This document shows positions 56,503 through 64,000 of a DNA stretch of 64,000 bases, piece after piece. Under the pieces are notes generated by a model that did not search any database, was not told the DNA's origin, and saw only the letters and a program-made list of their open reading frames with translations. The position numbers and the translations under genes are program-made. The first letter of the stretch is position 1, and the number at the start of each line of letters is the position of its first letter. Origin of the DNA: a virus; the IMG/VR virus record IMGVR_UViG_3300035670_000114, positions 1 through 64,000 of that record; one strand, 5' to 3'.

Positions 56503-56688
56503 TCAATTCCCTCCGGCCTCCTCTCGCCCCATGGCCTCAAGCATGCGCTTCATCGCTAGCCTATCGGCCATGGCGTCCTCCTTCCAGTGCTCCGGCAGGT
56601 CAAGCGACTCCCAGGCCTTCTTTCTCGCCAGGTCCCGCCTCTGTTGAACAGAAAGCCGATTCGCCTTGTATCCGGTTTTCGCCGTCAC
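56503..56688 (-). CDS. small basic hypothetical protein
   Basis: Late-type motif 20 nt upstream. Confidence 0.5.
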   Translation of the reverse strand: MTAKTGYKANRLSVQQRRDLARKKAWESLDLPEHWKEDAMADRLAMKRMLEAMGREEAGGN

Positions 56689-56739
56689 GCGAGCTGGTCG
56701 TCTCGGCTTATGATTCCATCTCTACTCGTTTGTACGCAC

Positions 56740-56769
56740 AAAAGCCGCCAGTACCGAAGTATTGGCGGC
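56740..56769 (-). terminator. intrinsic terminator
   Basis: 11-bp stem GCCGCCAGTAC-CGAA-GTATTGGCGGC with T4 on minus strand. Confidence 0.75.
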
Positions 56770-56800
56770 CTCCTTGTTTTTGCCAATACACGTCAATACG

Positions 56801-57034
56801 TCAGGCCCTGGCTCTGTAGCTCGGCGGATTTTTGCCCTCCATCACTACAATTCTCCTGTTTTTGACCAGGAAAGAGATGCTTTTTGCCTGCCTCTCCAGG
56901 ATCATTCGACTTGTGGACTCCCCTTGGAGGTGCCATCGCGGGTTGTCGCAGGGCAGGATGTCCGACATCCACAAGGTAAAGGCCGGCGATCGGTCAAGCG
57001 TTGCCGCCATGAAGAAGACCTCAAACTGAGCCAA
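56801..57034 (-). CDS. hypothetical protein
   Basis: 77 aa, followed by terminator. Confidence 0.4.
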   Translation of the reverse strand: MAQFEVFFMAATLDRSPAFTLWMSDILPCDNPRWHLQGESTSRMILERQAKSISFLVKNRRIVVMEGKNPPSYRARA

Positions 57035-57134
57035 AGCCTAGCATGCCGTCAACCTGGTCGCCGTTGCATCGCTTGACACAACTCCCACTTACCAACGGGC
57101 GTACACTTGCGGTACTGCACACAAGGCTTCAGTC

Positions 57135-58058
57135 GTGAGCGAGGTCGTAGTCAAGGGCAACTGGTTCGAGCAGGATGGCGACCGCCTGCTGCTTGGCGGC
57201 TCTCACACCTGGAACAACGTGGTCTCAATGGGTGGAGTCCAGGCGCCTCTTGGCATCGGCAACGTCGAAAGGCTCTGGACCTACGAGGCGCGAGCGGTCA
57301 ACACCGACTACGGCGCCCCCTGGGACACCGACGACATCAAGCGTGCCTCGCCGATCCCCTGGCGCTCAAGCAAGAAAGGCTTCGACCTCTCCTCGGTCAG
57401 CGAGGCCTACCTCACCAGGTTGAAGCAGGTCGTCAAGAGGGCTGCCCGAGCGGGCAAGATCGCCATCGTCAACCTCTTCGAGGGCTCCCTGGCCTCCAGG
57501 AGCTGGAAATACCACGCCTTCAACCCATCCAACAACATCCAGCGCATCGGGCCCGCCGCCGCAAACCTGGTTCACACCCGTGGACCTTGGAACAGTTATC
57601 AGTTTCGATACGCCAAGGCAGTTGTCAGGGCCTTGCGAGAGCAGGACAACGTCATCTTTGAGACCGGCAACGAGTTCCAAGGTCGGGCCTCGTCGATTCC
57701 GTTCGCCAGGGCCCTCATCAACAAGGTCTCGGGTTGGACCGACAAGCCGATTGGCGCCAGTCATATTCCATCCACCCACTGGGGCTGGATGCGGTCGACG
57801 GGCGCCGACTGGTTTGCCCCGCAGACACCCTCTTCGATCAGGCCGGATCTCCCTGGCCCCGTGATCTGGGACGACGACCACCACTCCCCAGGCAGAAGCG
57901 TACCCCAGCAACTCCTGGATGCCCGCAGGGTTGGCATGATTCCGATCCTGATGGACTCCTACCGCAACTCTGTGCTGTCGTTCCCGTCCTTGCGTGCCGA
58001 GCGAGACGCCATAACTGGCCTGCCACTGAGTCGACTCAATTTCAAGAAGTCTCCCTAA
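57135..58058 (+). CDS. clan GH-A (GH5-like) glycoside hydrolase
   Basis: GSHTWNN, NVIFETGNE acid/base motif, PVIWDDDH. Confidence 0.6.
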   Translation: MSEVVVKGNWFEQDGDRLLLGGSHTWNNVVSMGGVQAPLGIGNVERLWTYEARAVNTDYGAPWDTDDIKRASPIPWRSSKKGFDLSSVSEAYLTRLKQVVKRAARAGKIAIVNLFEGSLASRSWKYHAFNPSNNIQRIGPAAANLVHTRGPWNSYQFRYAKAVVRALREQDNVIFETGNEFQGRASSIPFARALINKVSGWTDKPIGASHIPSTHWGWMRSTGADWFAPQTPSSIRPDLPGPVIWDDDHHSPGRSVPQQLLDARRVGMIPILMDSYRNSVLSFPSLRAERDAITGLPLSRLNFKKSP

Positions 58059-58093
58059 GGTGCTAGAATCGACAAAGCCCTCCACCTGGGACC

Positions 58094-58294
58094 ATGTCGA
58101 AGGTCAGAACACCCACCCTGTACGGAATCCGTGTAGCCTGGCGAACCACTGGGCACGAAAACGGCTTCTTTGTATTCCCTGCCACCGACCCTCCGGTCGT
58201 TGGCGACCTGCTGCAACGCGGCACCGGTGAAGCCGTTCTCCGGGTATCCGACGTCAAGGCCGATGCACTGTCTTTGGTTGTGAGCCGCGCCTAA
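58094..58294 (+). CDS. hypothetical protein
   Basis: TGCTAGAAT upstream. Confidence 0.45.
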   Translation: MSKVRTPTLYGIRVAWRTTGHENGFFVFPATDPPVVGDLLQRGTGEAVLRVSDVKADALSLVVSRA

Positions 58295-58299
58295 TTAGC

Positions 58300-58764
58300 A
58301 TGCTTCAGCGTCCCCTGCTACTGGGATCCTCGGACCCGGACCCCGTTCTACCGTCCGTTCACTCCCTCGCGGGGGACCGAGTCCCCGTCGCCGGTGAAAT
58401 TGATCCAATAGGCCTGCATCCGGGGCTCGAACCCGGCGCGACGATGATGAGGATCATGAGGCGACTGGGAATGAGCAGGCGTCTCTGTCACTGTTATTCA
58501 GATTTTTCCTTACTGGCTCTCAATGGATCCGTTGGCCTTCACGATGACCCTGGACTCGGCTTAATCCTCAACTGGATTGTTGTTGACATCAGCCCGAGCA
58601 ACATGGAGCCAGAAATAATAACCATTTCACCGAAGAATACGCAGCAAAAATACAACTTACAACTTGCCGTGGGGGACATCTTTCTGTTCGATGCCGACCA
58701 GCCTCATGCCTGGGTATCGAACGGCGAATCCATCCTCGTCCAGGTATCCGTTGACTGCAAGTAA
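58300..58764 (+). CDS. cupin/DSBH metalloprotein (HxD...H), paralog A
   Basis: VGLHDDPG...LAVGDIFLFDADQPHAW. Confidence 0.6.
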   Translation: MLQRPLLLGSSDPDPVLPSVHSLAGDRVPVAGEIDPIGLHPGLEPGATMMRIMRRLGMSRRLCHCYSDFSLLALNGSVGLHDDPGLGLILNWIVVDISPSNMEPEIITISPKNTQQKYNLQLAVGDIFLFDADQPHAWVSNGESILVQVSVDCK

Positions 58765-58771
58765 CCAGCCC

Positions 58772-59362
58772 ATGAAAACCAGATTGAGCGGCAACAAGAT
58801 CTACGCCGGAATCGGCGCCCGAAAGACGCCGCCAGAGATACTCTCAACCATTGAGACGTTCTCCGCCGTCATGGCCGCCGCCGGCTGGCGCCTAAGAAGC
58901 GGCGGGGCCGAGGGCGCCGACGAATCCTTCCTCAAGGGCGCCGACTACCTGCCCTTGCAGCGAGCGATCTACCTCCCCGGCGCATCCTTCAACGGCAAGA
59001 CCGCCGGCTCGGGTGGCTGTCACGACGCCACCAAGCTACCTGGCTGGAGCAAGGCCCTCGAAACCGTTGACCGCTATCACCCTCGTCCATCCGGCCTTTC
59101 CCCCTTTGCTAGGAAGCTGATGGCGAGAAACGCCATGCAGATCCTCGGCCCGTCCCTTGATTCGCCAGCAAACCTAGTGGTGGCCTGGACCCTCTGGGGG
59201 CAGGTCGTTGGCGGAACCGGCCAAGCCCTTCGTATCGCCATCGCCCACGGCATCCCCATCCTCAACCTCGGACTACCAAAGGACCTTGAACGGGTGGAGG
59301 CAATCATCTCGGCCTGGGCCAAGAAGGTCGCCTCGCTCAGCGACCCAAAACAGACGCGATAG
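58772..59362 (+). CDS. DprA/SLOG-family Rossmann-fold protein
   Basis: YAGIGARKTP, LRSGGAEGAD, ARN..QILG, GGTGQA. Confidence 0.8.
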   Translation: MKTRLSGNKIYAGIGARKTPPEILSTIETFSAVMAAAGWRLRSGGAEGADESFLKGADYLPLQRAIYLPGASFNGKTAGSGGCHDATKLPGWSKALETVDRYHPRPSGLSPFARKLMARNAMQILGPSLDSPANLVVAWTLWGQVVGGTGQALRIAIAHGIPILNLGLPKDLERVEAIISAWAKKVASLSDPKQTR

Positions 59363-59709
59363 GCCCCCTCGAACCCCGACCAAAGTCCACCGTCCCCTCC
59401 TTGTACGCCAAGCGCCCCAGAGGCCGACTCCCGCTCCCCGACCACGGCCGAAACACTCGCGCCATCGGCGAGTCGATTTGAGAGCGGGCAAGGGAAACGG
59501 GTTCCTCCCTTCCCCACCTACCCACCTCCAGCTATCTAGCTCCTGTAGATTGCTAGTCTACTGTTCATATATCTTCTTTTATATATAAGAACTATCTACC
59601 TATAAAACCTACTTTGGTAAAGGGGGTAGTCTGAAGGGGGAAACCCCTTTGTTGCCGAATTCCGGCATTTCGGGGTAGTGACCCTAGTGGTAGCAAGGCT
59701 TTTCGGCGA

Positions 59710-59738
59710 TTGCCCTTGTCAATCGCCCGTGCTAGAGT
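59710..59738 (+). promoter_or_regulatory. sigma70-type promoter
   Basis: TTGCCC-N17-TAGAGT with TG extension. Confidence 0.55.
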
Positions 59739-59760
59739 TCGCCAAGCAACCGCCCCACTG

Positions 59761-60306
59761 ATGCCGACCCCGCTTGCCCACCACCTGCCACCACCACTGC
59801 AGGATGTACTTACCGAGCATCGAGAAGACATCGAAATCAAGGCCACCACCTACTTTCGGCGACCCGGAACTCTCTTGTCTTTGGATCACGCTTTTGTAGG
59901 CCCAAGTTTAGGAGAATGCTCTATACCGTTAGACTCGCAAATGTCACGCATATTTACTGGATTACTGGGCGCCCACGGCTATCGTTTGCGTAACTCAAGG
60001 CACATCATGCACAGTGGAGTCGCTATAATTGAAACAAGGCTAAATGTGCTTCCGCACGTCGACGCTGGCTTCGGCCTGACTGCCGCCTGGTTCATCGGCG
60101 CCATGTCGTCGACCGGAGACTGCATGCCATCATGGCTTCGGGACGGCTTCGCTGCCCTGGTCACGAAGAGCGGATACCTCAAGCTCTGTCCCGGCGACCT
60201 TTTCTTCTTCAACGCCAACAGGGAGCATGCGTGGATGTGCAACCATTACGCCTATCTCCTCGTGGCTCCCGTTACAAAGATTGACAGGTACGCCAGCCAC
60301 GGCTAA
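59761..60306 (+). CDS. cupin/DSBH metalloprotein (HxD...H), paralog B
   Basis: VLPHVDAG...LCPGDLFFFNANREHAW. Confidence 0.6.
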   Translation: MPTPLAHHLPPPLQDVLTEHREDIEIKATTYFRRPGTLLSLDHAFVGPSLGECSIPLDSQMSRIFTGLLGAHGYRLRNSRHIMHSGVAIIETRLNVLPHVDAGFGLTAAWFIGAMSSTGDCMPSWLRDGFAALVTKSGYLKLCPGDLFFFNANREHAWMCNHYAYLLVAPVTKIDRYASHG

Positions 60307-60330
60307 GCTGCCGCAACCCACTCGCCCCCC

Positions 60331-60612
60331 ATGTTCAAGTTTCAAGTCGGAACGATCGAGGACGCCTTCGTCTACGTGTGCGACTGCAACCTGGCCACCG
60401 TTGCTGATCTGGCTGGAAAGAGGTCCAGGACGAAGCATGAGTACGAAAGGCAGATCCAGATTGCTCAAACGGCGATCAACTGGATGCGCAGCTTTGGCGT
60501 CCGACCTTCTGGCAGGTCTTCCGATGTCCTGCAGGATTTCGGCGGCTCCGTCAAGAAGTGGGCTAGCCAGTGGGATGTGCTATCATCGGACAAGTCACAA
60601 TCCTCCACATGA
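60331..60612 (+). CDS. hypothetical protein
   Basis: DCNLATV...ERQIQIAQ. Confidence 0.55.
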   Translation: MFKFQVGTIEDAFVYVCDCNLATVADLAGKRSRTKHEYERQIQIAQTAINWMRSFGVRPSGRSSDVLQDFGGSVKKWASQWDVLSSDKSQSST

Positions 60613-60950
60613 GCCAGTTATCCGAAATGAGCTCCCCGATCGCCCCAATGATTTTACACGCCTCCGACCCAGAGTTCTCCCGGCTTTACCCGTACGGAGC
60701 GAACGTCCACGACCGATTCGGTCGAAGGCTGCCTCAAGTGGTGTGGTGTAATCCCTTAACTGGTGAGGTTGATAGGGTTTGGATAACCCGAAATCCTCTT
60801 TTGCTCTTACCGAGTCTTCTTGGCTTACGGCTCAAGCCAAGGTCTTTCATGGGCTGGTATGAGTATCAGGTTTCCCATCGCCATGGTTTCTGGCCTGCCC
60901 CTTTGACTATTACACCGCGAACTTGCGACGAGGCTGCCAGGGGCTGTTGA
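60609..60950 (+). CDS. hypothetical protein
   Basis: ATGA overlap; TGCTATCAT upstream. Confidence 0.45.
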   Translation: MSQLSEMSSPIAPMILHASDPEFSRLYPYGANVHDRFGRRLPQVVWCNPLTGEVDRVWITRNPLLLLPSLLGLRLKPRSFMGWYEYQVSHRHGFWPAPLTITPRTCDEAARGC

Positions 60951-61207
60951 CGGTGGATCCCCTGCCTGAGCGCCTGTTTCGTTGCCTGCAAGCCTTGAAA
61001 CAGCGATTCCCTGTGACCATCTCCTCCGACCACGGCCGAATCGGACCCTTCTGGTGGGTCAACGGCGTCACCAGTAGTTCCATCCTGCGAAATGCCGTGT
61101 ATGATGGATCTGTTCACACTGTCTGGCGCCCTGGTGTCTCCGGGTGGGGCAACCCCCTCGGCCGCACCTTCCGGTGGCGGACCATCAACACTAACCAAGA
61201 GGTCTAA
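60923..61207 (+). CDS. hypothetical protein
   Basis: Tightly packed; start uncertain. Confidence 0.35.
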   Translation: MRRGCQGLLTVDPLPERLFRCLQALKQRFPVTISSDHGRIGPFWWVNGVTSSSILRNAVYDGSVHTVWRPGVSGWGNPLGRTFRWRTINTNQEV

Positions 61208-61482
61208 TGGCTGTAACTGGTTTACCTGATCAAGTGGAACTGGCCGCACTTCTTGAGTCTTCAAGAAATCGCGAGCCTATTGAGCTGATGCAATTCCGCG
61301 CAAAGCCGTGTGATGACTGTGCAGTTGTTTGTGGGTTTTATCTTGACTATAGTGAAGCGCTAAGACTGGCACCACGAAACGAGCAACTCATTCTATCGCG
61401 TCAGTGGTTTTGTCATCAAACACCAAGGCTTGCGTGTCGTGGTAATGCCGACAATCTCAAACTGATTAACAAGGAGAGCTAG
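61207..61482 (+). CDS. Cys/His zinc-binding hypothetical protein
   Basis: PCDDC...FCH...CRG. Confidence 0.5.
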   Translation: MAVTGLPDQVELAALLESSRNREPIELMQFRAKPCDDCAVVCGFYLDYSEALRLAPRNEQLILSRQWFCHQTPRLACRGNADNLKLINKES

Positions 61483-61487
61483 GACCA

Positions 61488-61793
61488 ATGAGCACCGATT
61501 TCAAAATTGAGCCTCCGTGGCAAGAAGAGGGAGGAAGAGTCAACATACCATCCAGGTACACCGTTGTCGCCGAGCTGCCGTGCATCACATGGGGGTGGGA
61601 GCTTGATCGCTACTATTGGATTCTCAAGGACCAAAATGGCGCTTTGGTCCTTGGGGGATCTGATCATGGACGTTTTTGTGTCGCCAATACTGATTCGCTG
61701 AGGGAGCAAATCAGTACCTTGTCTGGCTACATCGAAGCCACTAAATCAGCGCTGCAATTGCTTGAGTCCTCTGATGGAGAACTAAGACCATGA
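61488..61793 (+). CDS. hypothetical protein
   Basis: AGGA upstream; packed operon. Confidence 0.5.
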   Translation: MSTDFKIEPPWQEEGGRVNIPSRYTVVAELPCITWGWELDRYYWILKDQNGALVLGGSDHGRFCVANTDSLREQISTLSGYIEATKSALQLLESSDGELRP

Positions 61794-62050
61794 ACAATTC
61801 GCGTTATCCCTACACCTACGCCTGCGATTTTATCCGCATGGCTGGGCCAGTCAGCTCGGACGGCGTTGTCCTTTCCCGCTCTGACGCATCCCAAATTCGT
61901 CAACACATCGCCAATGCTCTTGGTATGGACGACCATGAGCTGGCTTGTAAGCTGGCTGATGCTGAGCTTGCTAGGGAAAACGATCCAGAAGCCCTGAAGC
62001 AGCAAACAGATCGACTCCTGGCTGCTATGCGACTCGGATTCGCCTCGTAG
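61790..62050 (+). CDS. hypothetical protein
   Basis: ATGA overlap. Confidence 0.55.
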   Translation: MNNSRYPYTYACDFIRMAGPVSSDGVVLSRSDASQIRQHIANALGMDDHELACKLADAELARENDPEALKQQTDRLLAAMRLGFAS

Positions 62051-62060
62051 TGACCGCCTA

Positions 62061-62312
62061 ATGACTGAACTTTCACCAGCAGCATTAAAAGTCCGCGAAG
62101 CCGCCGAAAGGGAAACGGACCTTGATTTTCGGTATGCGTCACAGATTGCCGCCGCCATCATCGAAGCGCTGGCGAATCAGGTGGTGCCGACAAACTTGCT
62201 CGGACCTCCGGAGAACGCTGCTGCGGCACAGCGCGAGATCACGCGAGCAAGCATCCTCGACATTGCCGCCGAACTGCGCGGCACCGCGATTCCTGAAACC
62301 CGGACACGTTGA
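62061..62312 (+). CDS. hypothetical protein
   Basis: LSPAA...ANQVVP...IAAEL pattern. Confidence 0.55.
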   Translation: MTELSPAALKVREAAERETDLDFRYASQIAAAIIEALANQVVPTNLLGPPENAAAAQREITRASILDIAAELRGTAIPETRTR

Positions 62313-62533
62313 TGACTGAAAACGCCAACCTGTTCCGAACGATGGACGCAAGGGCGTGGGCTGCTGAGTTCATGCGAGTCACGGGCGGCACTGTCGACGA
62401 GCCAACTATGGCCTCCTGGTTCGCTAATGCGATCATGTGCGGTTGGGATCATCACTACTGGCAGTCCGAGGAATACAGGCAAACGATCGCTCGTGTGCTA
62501 CCATTGGATGGTCCCGCAGGCGAAGGAGGTTGA
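62309..62533 (+). CDS. hypothetical protein
   Basis: DARAWAAEF...WFANAIMCGWD. Confidence 0.55.
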   Translation: MMTENANLFRTMDARAWAAEFMRVTGGTVDEPTMASWFANAIMCGWDHHYWQSEEYRQTIARVLPLDGPAGEGG

Positions 62534-62539
62534 TTCTCC

Positions 62540-62797
62540 GTGAAAATCTACTGCTTGTTTGCCCAGCAAAGATGTCACTACCAGAACGAATACGCCCCTG
62601 ACCTGAGGGCCGCTATTGACGAGTATGGCAATAGCGACAATCCACGTTACCTTGATAACGAGGAAGAAAAGCTGCGCAAGGACAGCACCATCGCGTTCTG
62701 GAGGCGCATCATCATTGAAATTGATGACGCTGAGTTCGACCGACTGTTCCATCCCTCTTCAGACGTGCTCAAACCGATCAGTGTCAACCACTCTTAA
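62540..62797 (+). CDS. hypothetical protein
   Basis: GGAGG upstream of GTG. Confidence 0.5.
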   Translation: MKIYCLFAQQRCHYQNEYAPDLRAAIDEYGNSDNPRYLDNEEEKLRKDSTIAFWRRIIIEIDDAEFDRLFHPSSDVLKPISVNHS

Positions 62798-62813
62798 AAG
62801 AAAAAAGACATCA

Positions 62814-63332
62814 ATGACTCAACTCCTGATTACTCCACCTATTGCGCCTTGCGCAAAATGCGGTGCGCAGGCCAAATGTGTTGATTGGTTTTACCGGGAC
62901 CTGTGGCGTGTCATGTGTGACAATAATCACACATCGACCGAGGAATGCGCTACCCCGCATCGGGCAATCTGTAAATGGAACAACAGGCAAGCCGAGTACG
63001 CAGGGCTAAAGACAGCTTCTGCCACAAGTGAAGGAGTCGCTAGTTACCCCATGAAAGAACAAGTCACCATCTACTGCACCAAGTACGCCTTGACACGAGG
63101 CATTTTCCAATTGACTGGCCATTTATTGGAAAACGGCAAGTATTTTAGCGAGGATGCCGGCACTGGAATTGGCATTTTTTTGAACAGCAAAGAGTTCTGT
63201 TTCACAGAAGAGGAGGCCGTGTCCCAGTTCGAGCAAAAGAAGGCGGCAAAAATCGCCTCGGCTCGCGAGCAGCTCGCAAAACTGGAGGCGACTCAGCCAG
63301 TTTTCAATGATTCCCCAGGAGGGGTACGCTAA
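62814..63332 (+). CDS. zinc-finger (Lar-like) domain protein
   Basis: PCAKCG...C..H...AICKWN. Confidence 0.5.
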   Translation: MTQLLITPPIAPCAKCGAQAKCVDWFYRDLWRVMCDNNHTSTEECATPHRAICKWNNRQAEYAGLKTASATSEGVASYPMKEQVTIYCTKYALTRGIFQLTGHLLENGKYFSEDAGTGIGIFLNSKEFCFTEEEAVSQFEQKKAAKIASAREQLAKLEATQPVFNDSPGGVR

Positions 63333-63754
63333 TGGCTGAGGTCATCCTAAATGGCGGCAACCCGCTAAAAGACTGTCCAACCGACTGGGCCGAAGCCAGC
63401 AGATGGGAGGCCGAGGTGAATGGCGGGAATCAGGCATTTGAAGCCCCAATCTGGAAATGGGACTGCGGTTTTAAGCTTGACTTTGACGGACCACTGCTTC
63501 GCTTTAGTAGTCGCTTTTACCCTCCCAAGACTCATTATGGCAGCACCTGGAGTGGAACCTTGAGTGTTATCGTGCTCGGCCAAGAAATTGAAAAAAAGAA
63601 CTTTGAATGTGAAACACTCGATGTACTCCGCACTCAGGTCGAAGCATTTAAGGACTCTTACGCACAAAAACTTGTCAGGGTTTTATCCCCTACCGAGGAG
63701 AGCATCGCTGTCGAACTGGATTGCGCTTCCACTACCACGAACGACCACCACTAA
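63332..63754 (+). CDS. hypothetical protein
   Basis: TAATG coupling. Confidence 0.5.
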   Translation: MAEVILNGGNPLKDCPTDWAEASRWEAEVNGGNQAFEAPIWKWDCGFKLDFDGPLLRFSSRFYPPKTHYGSTWSGTLSVIVLGQEIEKKNFECETLDVLRTQVEAFKDSYAQKLVRVLSPTEESIAVELDCASTTTNDHH

Positions 63755-63759
63755 TCACT

Positions 63760-64000
63760 ATGGCAAACGCATCAACCGACACGTTTCGCTCTCTGTGCGC
63801 TGAACTAGCAAAGACCCTGGCCGAACACCAGCGCCAGTTAGAGGAGTTGTATCACCCTGACAACCCAAAGGCCGCTTGGCTAGACGCGGCCGCCCGACTG
63901 CTCGACCGCGCTGAGGTCGCCCTGGCCCAGTCCGAGTCAAGGGGGCCGGTAAGTCAAGAGCTACTGGATGCGTGGGAAGAATGCAAAAGCGCTGAGCCAG
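63760..64000 (+). CDS. hypothetical protein, truncated by window end
   Basis: MANASTDTFRSLCAEL..., open to the edge. Confidence 0.5.
   Translation, partial: MANASTDTFRSLCAELAKTLAEHQRQLEELYHPDNPKAAWLDAAARLLDRAEVALAQSESRGPVSQELLDAWEECKSAEP

Noticed and set aside
58300-60306. Calling the cupins TET/JBP DNA hydroxylases
   Set aside because: The 2OG-binding Arg is absent and no methylase or glycosyltransferase partner is seen.
1-64000. Photosystem AMGs (psbA, hli), DNA polymerase, or alternative genetic code
   Set aside because: None recognised; genes tile cleanly with the standard code.

Overview
64 kb of a GC-rich tailed dsDNA phage (siphovirus-type: tail tube, frameshifted chaperone, 2055-aa tape measure) that almost certainly infects a picocyanobacterium (Synechococcus/Cyanobium-type). 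It carries cyanobacterial-style nrdJ, thyX, dcd, dnaG, rlpA, an NblA-like gene and two sigma factors. Layout: tail genes (1-18 kb); scaffold, capsid, fibre/lectin cassettes, tyrosine recombinase and lysis (18-30 kb); a leftward initiator-helicase operon next to a helically phased palindromic iteron array (30-33.4 kb); recombination and nucleotide genes with terminase and portal scattered among them (33.5-52 kb); small accessory genes with a tRNA-Arg (52-64 kb). The main pattern not shown by the ORF track is two classes of intergenic motif. GGHANNMTA precedes about 21 mostly structural/late genes (12 at 19-24 nt from the start codon) and pairs plausibly with a SigF-like phage sigma lacking region 4.2. 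TGCTANNNT precedes early/replication genes. All protein calls come from motif recognition by eye; no searches were run.
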